Of a stretch of DNA of 64,000 nucleotides, positions 12,405-24,650 are shown in pieces. The notes under the pieces are model-generated. The model saw only the letters and a program-made list of their open reading frames with translations, was not told where the DNA came from and did no database searches. Source of the DNA: Marsupella aquatica (lineage: Eukaryota; Plantae; Marchantiophyta); the NCBI GenBank assembly GCA_973895155.1, contig OZ316893.1, forward strand, positions 23,520,015 to 23,584,014, given 5' to 3'. The translations under genes were made by a program, and so were the position numbers. How positions within the stretch are numbered: the first letter of the stretch is position 1; every line of letters begins with the position of its first letter.

Positions 12405-15400
12405 AACCATACTTTCCGGAAGAGAATAACGAAAGCAACTCCACTCAGTACTCACAATGATGTCTCGAATGTTGTTTTTAAACAGAGGGACTGGAAAAGC
12501 AGATTGAATTGAAGGTCGTGGCTGTATCAGGGAGTCCGACACCCGATGAGACACGTATGCTGAATATACACAAGCTATACAAAATCAGATGGGGAGACAC
12601 TGTCAAAACTTTCTTATTTCCATGATGTTGAACTGGACATATATCACTAGCCTGTGCGTTCCAGAGTTGTCTTTCCAATCAAGTTGGAATTTTGTCACTG
12701 TTGTCTCTTGTCTTTCCAATCAAGTTGTCATTGTGGAAGTGTTATTGTTTCGGCCCAGGTTGTCGATGTCTAAGAGTTGTCGTTGCAAAATTTGTGCAGT
12801 TGGTTGTTGTGGAAAGGTTGTGGTTGCAAAATTAAGGGTTGAGGGTTACAGATCGAGAATAATGTGCGAGTGACCAGCTAGCTAGGGCTCAAGAGATTTT
12901 GCCTAGGGGGAAACACTGCTGACTTCCAACATATAATTAAGCTCTCTCAGCTTTCAAGAGTCGTTATCTGCAAGGCTGAAGTCTATATTTTTCAAGGAGA
13001 AGAATTATGATATATATCATCGTGAATGTAGCTATGGAGCCAGTTGTCATTAAAATGCATCTGCCAGGGCATCTGCCTCTACTTTCGTCTAGACACTCTT
13101 TGACACATTGGATCTGTCCTCCAATGACTGATCTTGTAAAAGATCTAGATGTCTTAATACGGTAGCAACTACATCCAAGTATACTCGGAGTGCCAAACCC
13201 AGACATCATCATGCAAGGGATGTTGCAAGCGGGCCCTCACGATCCGTAAAGGCCTGTCTATGCTTGGCGGCCATGATCTCGGCGATAAATCTCCCCACGT
13301 TGGAACTGTGTGTGACAATGGCATGGTCTGCGATTTTTTGAACGATGGACAATGTAGCAAGGAAATGGATTTGGATATCATGTTTGAGGCGTTCCGGCAC
13401 ATTGTCATGATTGTCGTATGTCTCGACCAAATGGTCATCAGTAGCCCAGTCGTGCATAATATATCGCTTCTCTTGAGGAGCTCCTGAATCATTTCCATTT
13501 AAGACTTTCGTCAGAGACTCGATTGCGCTGCCTGAATCGGATCGAGAGAAAGAAAATCGATGGCCACTGGAAGCCGAATTCCTCCTCCATTTCTTTCATA
13601 TGTCCTCTATGGGACGGTACGCTCGATGTTCCTTGAAGTACGGATCCTCCCTCTGCAAGGCCCCCACAGAGTCCACATTTTTAATTATTTGACTCAGTCC
13701 TTGAAGTAATAAAAACTGAAGTACTACAAGTAAGGGAAAAGGGCTGGCCTGTGGAAAAGTCACCACAACGCAACTTTTAACGTTGGCACCTTGCCAAATC
13801 GGGGGGACAACTACAAAACCTTCACTACTGCATAGCCGCAGTGTAACCTTATCTTGTGTGAGAATGTCGGTAGCAAATTTAGCTCTAGTATTGTAGATCT
13901 TCGATTAGGCAATTTAAAGTGGCACCGAGATCTGGAAGATGATTTGTCCGAGTCACAATTCAAGCCATCCAGGTCATTGTCATCGAAGGTTACTTACGAA
14001 AACATCAAGGACATATCTAAAAATCAGATCCACATCTAGCACTAGACTCACAGGATAACATATAATTATCAGCTACTAGGCTAACTTACTGCATTACACG
14101 CATGTGGTGGTTTTTGAAACAGACACAATAGAATCCATGTACTAGAGAAACTTTCAGGTTTGGTGCCAGTAACTAATATGGTGTACAAGCCACGCCAACA
14201 ATTTTCATTGTTAATATTGACGTAGAGAAATCTTGAATTCGAGTCCGGTACCAAGGGTTTGGACTCACCAGTTTATCTGTTCGTCGAATGTGAATGGCGA
14301 GAACGGGTGACTTCCACAGGGGCTGGCCGGACGTATCTGTGTATCGGGACATGATTTGGTCAGCAACAAGCTTCACACTCTTTGGAATACGGTTCAGCAT
14401 CCATGAACTTAAAAGAGCTGTTATCGCCAGTTTGACTCGCCTTGACCTTAATCCTGCCAATGGTATACCCGGCCACGTCCGAACCACAGGTCATGATCAT
14501 GATGGCAAGCTTTTCATTTTGATATCAGCAACTGGCCTTTTCAATTGGGAACCGAGGGGACAAGAACTTTAAACAAGGCACTGCGCGCCAATAAATAACT
14601 GGGAACAGAAAAGGAACTGCATACATATCCTTGCTATAATTCAAGTTCTCATGTTCGCCCTAAACGAGGCAAGAACTCTACACCATTGCTAAATTTGAGT
14701 TTCTTTCTACCAGTGTGTAGCAACTAATATTTCAGGTCATGATCGTTTCAACAAAATATTCAGCAATTGGAAGTAAGACAAGCAATGTACTGGTTTAAAT
14801 TGGAGTATACTTGCGCACGCCCAATTGTTTAGGCATATTCAGCACTACGACACATTGATCCCTAGCTACATCCAAGAAGATGGTGTTGGAATTTCGAAGT
14901 GACGATCCTCAGTGCTTGTTAGAAATCGATCGATTATGGCTCCCATCGTAGCAAGAACCATTGGGGTCAGACTTGGCGACAAGCTCAATATGAAATTTGG
15001 AGTTACAAAACATACCTGCTCGCCACTGGGGCATGTATTTTTCGGGCCTGTCGATCACAGCGCCAATCTTTCCGTGCTTGCCCATTGCATTCTATAGAGC
15101 AAACTTGTGATGATTGAAAGCATCGACGTAGGATGAAAAAATGATGTAGGCCCCGCAAACCTCTGTCGTCCAAGTGGGCATCTGCCAAGACCGAATGACA
15201 GTGACGCCGCCTGGTGAAAAGAAGTCCTCATCTTCCATCACCAATTCGTCCCATGTGTTTCTCTCCTTATCCATTCGCATGTCCAGGAGACTCGACAATC
15301 TGGACAGATCTCCTGCCGGGTTGCAGTTTGTCACTTTGAAAAAACACTGAATGTTGAGGTGGGACAGCTTTGGGGTGGAACCATCAAAGGCGTGGTGATT

Positions 15401-18400
15401 TCTCGAATCCAAAATGGGCACAACAGTGTGGCCACGCACTATTGAAATAAATCGAGGCACAGAGCAATGTAAATCTGCAAGTAGGCCCGCAGCTAGTAAT
15501 ACATTCACACCACTCAATGTTAGTAAGGAAGGATCGAAGGTTAGCATGATTGATATCCAACGACAGAAAAATCCACAACCTACCCAGTTCAGCACGGACA
15601 CGTCGATTTACAAGGTCAGCGATAAATCGCACTAAGAATATCCGTACTGGAAGCAAAATGTCACAGAAAGACGACCAAAACTAGTCCAACTTCTATCATG
15701 AATACGTGGCGAGATCAGAATTCATAACCTCGAAGTGATCGAATTTAAACAGTTCGATAGCAAGCATTTTGAAAAGGGAAATGTTAGTCAGGTCAATATC
15801 CACGTTTGTTGTGAAATTCATCCAATTGAGTTCATCCACTCTATATATAGATATGTCTTCCCGAGCTAGTGCAAGTAATTTACTTATTATTTTCGTGTAG
15901 CTGTCTATCCACACTTTACTTCCATCTGTCAATCTAGTAACGATCAGTCTAGATTCACATTCTTAATTTAGCTAAGCTCCTCTACCCACACTTTATCTAT
16001 CAGCCTAGTAACGATCCTTTTTAGTAGACAATTGGACACAAGTCTCTTTGGTGCTGTTCACATAGCGCGCTGTAAGATTGTACTGTTGGGTCCATGCACA
16101 GAAAAGTGCTACTCACTTAGCTGGGAGATTGTGTGCTCGGCTCACGTAAAGAAAGCATCAAAGATACACGCCTTGCCTTTGCCCGTGATTACTTTTCCTT
16201 CCTAGAGATACAATTAAGTATTTGCGATGCGTCGTCCGACTTCTGAGTTGTCCTGACTCTCCTAATCTATTGTGCTTAATGAAAACTTTGATATGATTCT
16301 GTCCGGTACTGATCTATGCAGAACCTAATAGCTGTAGGCGGATTATGGAGGCCCCTGAATACTTCCTTAAGTACGACTCTCATCATTGATGATCGATACC
16401 GATACACTACTGGGACGATTCACCGAATTCTGATCCTCGAGTGGGGACATGCACGATATCGCCAAACTAAATTAATACTTTCTTCGAACTTCCCCTCCAA
16501 ACCTTGTCCAAACCATAGGAATAATGTTGAACGAACCCTCGAGATCCCAATCCTCTCCATCATAGGGATACCAGATTCAAACTGAGGAAAACAATTGTCC
16601 CCAAATCACCAATCGCTAAGCTCATCAATAGCTTACCATATTTGAAATGGGGGTCAACCTCGGGTTAGTAAAAGCTGTTTCTAGTAGATGCAGCATTTCT
16701 GTCATGTAGCATGTGCCCACAGGGGACAGATATTCCATAGTTACCATGATAAACCCAAATTTATCACGGTGCAAAAGATCTCATTGCCTAAAAAGAGAAT
16801 TTATGGAGTGAAAGATGTCATGACACAAAGAGAGGCTACAACCACCACAAAGTACAACAAAATGAGAATAATTTTTTTAATTGTTTTTGTCATTTATATC
16901 TTTAAACCATAAAACCATACTTTCTCGAAGAGAATAACGAAAGCAACTTTACTTGGTACTCACAATCATGTATTGAAAGTATGTTGTTTTAATTTGAACA
17001 GCGGGACTGGCAGAACAGATCAAAGTACTCACAATGATGTATTGAAATTATGTTGTTTTAATTTGAACAGCGGGACTGGCAGAAATTAAATTGAAGGACG
17101 TGGCTGTATGAGGGAGTCCGCTACCTGATGAGACATGTATGCTGAATATATATACACAAGCTACACGAAATGATGGGGGGACAATATCAAACATTCATAT
17201 TTCCATGATAAAAGACTCCATATATATCACTAACCCCAATGCTTGTGCATTGCAGAGTTGTGTCAAAGCAGAATTAAATTTTGTCTTTCCAATCAAGTTG
17301 TCATTGTGAAAGCTGGTGATGTCTCTTGTCTTTCAAGTCAAGTACGTTATCTTTGTGAAAGTGTTACTGTTTCGCGGCCCAGGTTGTTCTTGTGGAATTA
17401 TATATCGTTGCAAACTATGTGCAATTGGTTATTATGGAAGCATTTTTGTATCGGCCAGGTTGTCGTTGCAAACTTTGCACAACCTGGATTACGAAGATTA
17501 ATCTGCGACTGACCGGGGAGCAAGACATTTTGTCGAGGGTAAAGACCTGTTGACTCCCACAAGCTAGCTCTCGCAGCTTTCACGAGTACGTCGTTATCAG
17601 CTACGCTAATAAAAGTCTTTATTTTTCAATGATAATCAAGCAATTAATTATGAGTTTATCGTGAATCCTAGCTATGCAGTGAGTTGTCATATATTTACAT
17701 GAATCTACTTTCATCTAGACACTTTTTAACATATTTATCTGTTCTTGACTGACTGATCTTGTAAAAGATCTAGGTCAGTTGTCCAGAAACATGGATGTCT
17801 TAACATGGTAGAAACTACATAAAAGTATAGTCAGATTGCCAAACCCAGACATCATCAAGGGATGTTACAAGCGGGCCCTCCCGATCAGGAAAGGCCTGTC
17901 TATGCTTGGCGGCCATGATGTCGGCGATAAATCTCCCCACGTTGGAACTGTGTGTGACAATGGCATGGTCTGCGATGTTTTGCACGATGTGCAATGTGGC
18001 AAGGAAATGGATTTGCATATCATGTTTGAGGGATACAGGCACATTGTCATGATTGTCGTATGTCTCGACCAAATGGTCATCAGTAGCCCAGTCGTGCATG
18101 ATATATCGCTTATCCTCGTTCGGAGCTGCTGAATCATTTCCATTTATGATCTTCGTCAGAGACTCGATTGAGCTGCCTGAATCGGAGAGAAGGAAAACCG
18201 ATGGCCACTGGAAGCCGTATTCCTCCTCCATTCGTTTCATACGTATGGCATAATCCTCTATTGGACGGAACGCTTGATGTTTCTTGAAGTACGGGTCCTC
18301 CCTCTGCAAGGCCCCCACAGAGTCCACTTTTTAATTGTTTGACTGTCCTTGAAGTAATTTATAAAAGCTGAGGTACTACAACAACTAAGGGACAAGGGCC

Positions 18401-21400
18401 CTGTGTAAAAGTCCGCACAACGCAATTCGTCGACAGTTGCCAAATCGGGGGACGGGGAGAACCGGGGGGGGGGTGGGGGGGCGGGGGCGGAATGACAAAC
18501 CCTTTCAATCGCATAGCTGCAGCCTTTAACCTTATCTTGTGTGAGAATCTCGGTAGCAAATTTAGCTCTAATGTTGTAGATTTTCCGGAAATTTTCGTAG
18601 GTTACGTAAGAAAACATCAAGGAAAATCTAAAAATCAGATACAAACCTAACACTAGACTCACAGGATAATATATTCATTTGTCAGCTAGGAGGCTAATTG
18701 CATTAAAATATCAGATCCACACCTAACACTAGAATCACAGGATAACAGATTGTCAGCTAGGAGGCTAACTGCATTACATGCAGGCATTTTGTGGTTTACA
18801 TGGCCAGGCATAATGCAACCATGTGTCACTCAGTACAATAGAATCCATGTGAGCAGCCAGTAACCCATATGGTGTAAAATCCTCGCCAACAACTTTTGCT
18901 CTTAGAGACGTAGAGAGAAACTTCAAATTAAAATCGGTACTATGTAAACCAGCTCTTTATACAAGAGGCATCTTGAATTTTCGAGTCCGGTACCAACGGT
19001 TTGGACTCACCAGTTTATCTGTTCGTCGAATGTGAATGGCGAGAACGGGTGACTTCCACAGGGGCTGGCCGGACGTGTCTGTGTATCGCGACATGATCTG
19101 GTCAGCAACGAGCTTCACACTGTTTGGGGTACGGTTGAGCATCCATGAACTCATAAGAGCTGTTATCGCCAGCTCGACTCGCCTTGTCTTTGAACCCTGC
19201 CAATGGTATATCCACGTCCGACCCACAGGTCATCATCATGATGGCAAACTTTTCACTTTAATATCAGCAACTGGTCTTTCAATTGAGAGCTGAGGGGACA
19301 AGAACTTTAAACAAGGAATCGTCAATAAATAATTGGTAACAGAAAATGAACTGCACCTCTATCATTGCTATTATTCAAGTTTCGTATGTTCGCCCTAAAC
19401 TATGCAAGAACTCAACGATACTAGTGCTAATTTTGAGTTTCTTTCTCTTTTGAATGTGGAGCAACAAATATTTCAGGTCAACAAAATATTCAGCACTTAA
19501 GACAAGCAATGTACTGCGTTAAAATGGAGTATACTTGCGCCCAATTGGTTAAGCATATTCAGCACTACGAGACATTGATCCCTAGCTACATCCAAGAAGA
19601 TCAGATGGTGTTGAAATTTCGAAGTGACAATCCTCAGTGCTTGTTAGAAATCGATTATGGCTCCCATCGTAGCAAGAACAACCATCGCTGTCAGACTCGG
19701 GGACAAGCTCACTATGAAATTTGGAGTAACAAAACATACCTTCTCGCTACGGGGGCATATATAGTTCGGGCCTGTCACAGCGCCAACCGTTCCGTGCTTG
19801 CCCATTGCATTCCATAGAGCAAACTTGTGATAATTGAAAGCCTCGACGTAGGATGAAAAAATAGTGGAGGCCACGCAAACCTCTGTCGTCCAAGCGGGCA
19901 TCTGCCTAGACCGAATCACAGTAACGCCACGTGGTGAAAAGAAATCATCCTCTTCCATCAGCAATTCGTCCCATGTCGTTCTCTCCTGGTCCATTCGCGT
20001 GTCCAGGATACTCGACAATCTGGACAGATCTCCTGCCGGGTTGCAGTTTGTCACATTGAAAAAACACTGCATGTTGAGGTGGGACAGCTTTGGGCCACAA
20101 CCATCAAAAGCGTGGTGATTTGTCGAATCCGAGATGGGGACAAGAGTGTGGCCACGCACTATTGAAATAAATAGAGGGACAGAGAAAACATGTAAATCTG
20201 CAAGAAGTCCTGCGCGCAGTAATTAGTCCACACCATTCAATGTTAGAAAATAAGTCAGACCATTCAATGTCAGGATATATCGAGGTTAGCATGACCACAA
20301 CCCGGCCTCTTTCTATTTAGACCACGAATTGGAAAATTGAGTCAAGATATAGAGCGACAGCAAACTCCACAGCCTACCAAGCTCAGCACATACACCACGA
20401 TTCACAAGGTCAGCAATTAATCGCACGAAGCATATACGCACTGGAAGAAAAATGCCACAAGAAGTACGACCAAAACTAATCTAACTTCCGTCATGAATAC
20501 GTGGCGAGATCTGAGTTCATAACCTCGAAATGATGGGATTTTGACAATTCAATAGCAGGCATTTTAGAAACGGCAAACAATTAGATCTTCATCACGCCCA
20601 ATTGTGCTTAGAGTCACTATCCACATGTGTTGTGAAATTCATCCAATTGACTTAATCCACTAACTCAATTGCATCGACTCTATATCTTCCCGAGCTAGTA
20701 CAAGTAGATTTACACTATATTTTTCGTGTATTTGTCTATCCACAGTTTACTTCCGGCTGTCAGTCGAGTAACGACCAGACTAGATTCACACTTTACTTAA
20801 TTTAGTATAGCTCTCTCCGCACAGTTTATTTCCGGCTATCAATCTAGTCACGGTCCTTTCTCGTAGACTTACGCATACGTGAAGACAAGTCTCTTTGGTG
20901 CAGCTCACTTGGGCGCTGGAAGATTGTACTGTTGGGTCCACAAAAACCTTGCTAGGCACATAGCTGGAAAATTGTGTGCTGGGCCCACGTACAGAAGTTA
21001 GTAGCGTGATACTTATATTAGCATCAATGATACGAGGCCTTGCCTTCGCCCGTGACTACTCTTGCCGTCCTAGAAATATAATTAAGTGTTTGCGATGCGT
21101 CGTCCGACTTCTGAGTAGTCATGACTCCCTTGAACTACTGTGTTTAGAGAAACTTTCTATCATTCTGTCCGGTACTGACCTATATGTGCACACTTAATAG
21201 CTGTAGGCGGATTGTGGATGCCCCTGGGTACTACTTGAAGTGAGACTCATCGATCATTGACGATACCGATCTACGCTACTGGGACCATTCATTGAATCCA
21301 TGGACTCGGATGGTCAAGTGGGGACACGATATCGCTAAAATAAATTGCGCTCCTCGAACGTCCCCTCCAACCCATAGGAATCATGTTGAACGAACCCTCG

Positions 21401-21489
21401 AGATCCCAACCCTCGAGATCATAGGGATACCAGATGTAAACTGAAAGCAAATTGTCTCCAAACGACCAATGGATAAGCTCATCAATAGC
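12405..21489. repeat. Tandem segmental duplication, ~4.2-4.6 kb units (12405-16632 and 16913-21489)
   Basis: Colinear homology of exons, introns and 3' flank. Both copies start aaccatacttt..gaagagaataacgaaagcaact and end aagctcatcaatagc. About 280 bp of unrelated spacer separates them. Confidence 0.92.
13169..15475 (-). pseudogene. Partial, frameshifted duplicate of the GT23/FUT8-like gene (exons 3-6 only)
   Basis: Retains DLHCSVPRFISIVRGH..QCFFKVTNC, VLAIHIRRTDKL and ADHAIVTHSSNVGRFIAEIM. The last exon has a ~10-nt deletion (~13600) giving an immediate TGA, plus small insertions (~13540 and ~13210). Exons 1-2 are not included in the duplicated unit. Confidence 0.85.
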
Positions 21490-22857
21490 ACCTGAGAAAA
21501 TTAAAAAGTCTGAAAGTGTATGTTCCGGAAATCCTGTACGTTAGCTTCGCTGTTTTCTGGAGAAATTCACCAGGTAGTAGGCGCGGGAAGGTGTACCCGA
21601 GTCTCTTAATGAGACTCGAGATTGCCCTTCGTCGTGAATCATTTCGCAGCATTCTCCTTGGTCGTATTTGAAGCTGTAGTTCTTGACGTTCGGGCCAGAA
21701 ATATATCAGGTTAATCCCCGTCGCCTACCCCTCGAAGAATTAAGCGTAAAACGGATTGACGGCCATAGTAATTCAACCCACAAATGATCGACAGCATTAC
21801 AGCTTTCATACCATTATGTTTACACATGCATCTACCTAGTGTATGTGCATTTTCCAAAAGGCGTCGGCACGTGTCTTTTGGATAGGTAACTACTGATCCA
21901 TCACAATAATATTTCAAATATTGGAAGCTGAGCGGGAAAACTACGAAAAGTCCACCACAATAGTGTTTTAAACATTACAAGGTGAGCCGAGAAACCACGA
22001 AAAGGTCCAACTACGAAAAGTCCACCACAATAATGTTTCAAACATTACAAGCTGAGCCGGGAAACCACGAAAAGTCCACCACAATAATGTTTCAAACATT
22101 ACAAGCTGAGCCGGGAAACTACGGAAATCAATCTTCTGGAAGAAAGCTTGCAGAACCACGAACAAATGTAGGACTCGTAAGATGTCGAGACATGTGCACA
22201 TCGACGCCGTTCGGTGATTCTGGAAATCAAAGCAAGGATAAAGATCCAGCAACATGTACCTGTACCCCACTCAGGGTGAGCAATCCAGTGGGCTTGAGAA
22301 CAGTCTGCTGGGAACTGGCTCTCCTCCAATTTGGATATGAAGTACCGCTCCGCTCTCTCGTCCCACCACAACGACCCGATCGCTCGGTGTTTCCGCATCT
22401 TCTGCAGACCAGCCCAGTTTTGGTCCTGCGTCTCTTGAACCACAAGGGGAATCCCATTCAGCTGTCCTAGTCGTCATCGGCACCCAACTCTTTTCATCAT
22501 CTCGTATCGTACTTCCATATACTGTCAGCAGCCACACAGACAGACAGATTAGTCGGACGCTCGAGCAACGAGAAGTGGACAACCTCTTCAAGCAAAACAA
22601 GATGCATCCAATTAAATATGACACGGAACTGACTCAATGACGGTTGTGATCTGTTGCACAAGTGTATCCGGCGAAAGCGCATGCTCACCTAGAGCTCGTC
22701 GCCATCCCAACTTTGGGGATGACCAGACTAAAGCTAGCAAGAGACCTAGGCCAACAAAAGTGAGAGGCAGTATCCACTTTCGTCCTCTGAGTTGTCGAAG
22801 GAGGCCATCATTCGCACCCGACTGCAGGCTCATCCTCCGGCCCCCATTTCGTTCCAT
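17815..22857 (-). CDS. GT23-family, FUT8-like (alpha-1,6-fucosyltransferase-like) type II membrane glycosyltransferase; intactness uncertain
   Basis: Proposed exons 22857-22689, 22466 (or 22521)-22260, 20197-19881, 19771-19740, 19182-19011, 18303-17815, giving ~461 aa. N-terminal TM anchor WILPLTFVGLGLLLALVW. LEESQFPADCS..WGT|DLH resembles FUT8 LQNPKDCS..GYGCQLH. Motif I VLAIHIRRTDKL..AFRPIEDY, motif II VFLLSD, motif III ADHAIVTHSSNVGRFIADIM. Two junctions need a weak acceptor or a frameshift. Confidence 0.75.
21927..22126. repeat. Minisatellite, ~54 bp x3.4, in GT23 intron 2
   Basis: Units of gctgagccgggaaaccacgaaaagtccaccacaataatgtttcaaacattacaa. Confidence 0.9.
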
Positions 22858-24089
22858 GACAGCGTTCGGAAGCTTACAGAAACCCCTTCAGCAACCCATA
22901 AAGCATCAAAACTCGATGGAGTCGGTCTCAATTGAGCTTAGTGCAGCCTTTGCAAAAGCTGAATTGCTGAAGAAGGGCATCATTTACACATCCAGCAGAG
23001 AGCAGCATTCCTGGACTAATGCCATGACACTTCTCCTGAGGTCAAGTTGCTCGCCATCTTCTCCGAGTCCACCGATCCAGAACGAAGAACGTACTATATA
23101 TCAGATTCACTCAGCCGTCTACGATCTATCTGAATTCCACGTGTACATCCTCTACATAGATGACCGGCAGTTAAACGCTTTTCGACGTGGAGATCAGTCA
23201 TACATCTAGGTAAAGTTTGTCAGATGCACTCGGTCAATTGAGGACAATGAGGTCAACCAGGCTTAGTGAGTGAAGGACTCCAAGTCCAAAGCCAGGAAAG
23301 AAATTTTGTCAGGCGAGTGTGGTTGCTCCTGAGTAGAGTGAGGGCAGAAATTTGTCAGGCGGGTCGGGGGTGCTGCTGAGGGGCGGTGCTAACCTGCTGT
23401 CCTGTTGACCGGGTCATTTTGGCTTTGGAAGAGTCATTTTGGCTTTGGAAGAGTCATTTTTTATTGTCGGATATATAGTCCGCTTCCATCCAATTATAAA
23501 ATTAAAAAACTGTCATTACCTTTGAAGTGTCACAAGCTTTTGTCTGAACCCCACTTTTGGGTTGATGTAAAGCAGTGGGCCCTCATAAGTTTCAAACCAT
23601 TATCTCAGCCTCCCCACTCAGGTGGTCTACAAGTGTGCCGTAGCCTGTTGGACAAAAGTTGAGGCCTCACTCCTGGTATTTAGGGCCCAACTTTGTGTGA
23701 GGCCTTATGTTTTCCAGCCCTAAGCACCCCCTCAATTGAAAGGACATAGATCTCTTTGTCCAATAGTCTCTTCTCCCTGTGACTTTGTTTCACTCCATGT
23801 GTCCTACAGCTTTTGTTTTATCTCAGAGTCGAAGGTTGGGACATGCAAAGGTTGTAAACTTTATGGCCCTTGCATGTCCTTGGGACCCCAAATTCTCTAC
23901 CGTCATGCTTGGCGCATGAGGGGCTGCTGCCCGAAAAATTTTGGTGATACACATCCTCCCTCAACCCAAGTTGAGGGCCGCATTTTGAAGACCCTTGCAC
24001 ATATGAGTTGAGCCTTAAGTTCATGTCAGGACCCACAGTTTGGGCAGCAGCCAGTGGGCAACCATAAATGACTTTCTAGGGACTTGTCA

Positions 24090-24650
24090 CCTGGGGGTCT
24101 CACCATATGGAGGCCTCCCTACCACCTGCGGCATTCTTAAGCCTCAGACCACCTAAATGTAAGAAAAATTATTCTTTAGCCCCTATAAAATTGGAATATT
24201 GTTAAAATATTCTTAAAATCTCATTAAAAAGACCCTATTTAAGGTTTTTAGAAGTCTCAAGATTGGATTTAAATAGCCCTGATGTTCTTCCTAGAAAATT
24301 CTTAAGTATTCATTTAGAACCATAAACCCAAGGTATTCACTTCTTTTCTTTTGACACATCAATCATGCCCAAATAAGCATGATTACTGTTTTTTTTATTG
24401 GGTTTGGTGAAAGACTTCAAAAAATTTGTGGAAGAACATTTCTAGGGGTGTCTTAGCCCACTTTTGAGAATTACAAGAATCATAGTAGGGGTCTTTTCAG
24501 CTAAAATTTGGGAATATTCTAAGAACATTCTAAAAAGTTAGGGGTGAAACAATTCCCCAAAATATGTTTCAGGGTGTTTAATTATTCCCCTAAAACTTTT
24601 GCATGATCGAGCGCATGATATGGGACCCCCCCTTGGAGTGAGGCCCCCAA
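24090..24650. mobile_element. Degenerate foldback/long-TIR (MITE-like) element
   Basis: 24180-24236 (cccctataaaattggaatattg...aaaagaccct) is an imperfect inverted match to 24488-24544. The left arm (~24090-24330) also recurs in reverse orientation at ~35700-35940. Confidence 0.6.

Noticed and set aside
22474-22476. In-frame TGA near a Cys (TGC CGA TGA CGA) upstream of the conserved GT23 frame, read as selenocysteine or readthrough
   Set aside because: Land plants lack Sec machinery and no SECIS was seen. The strong phase-1 donor at 22689 does not enter this frame upstream of the TGA.
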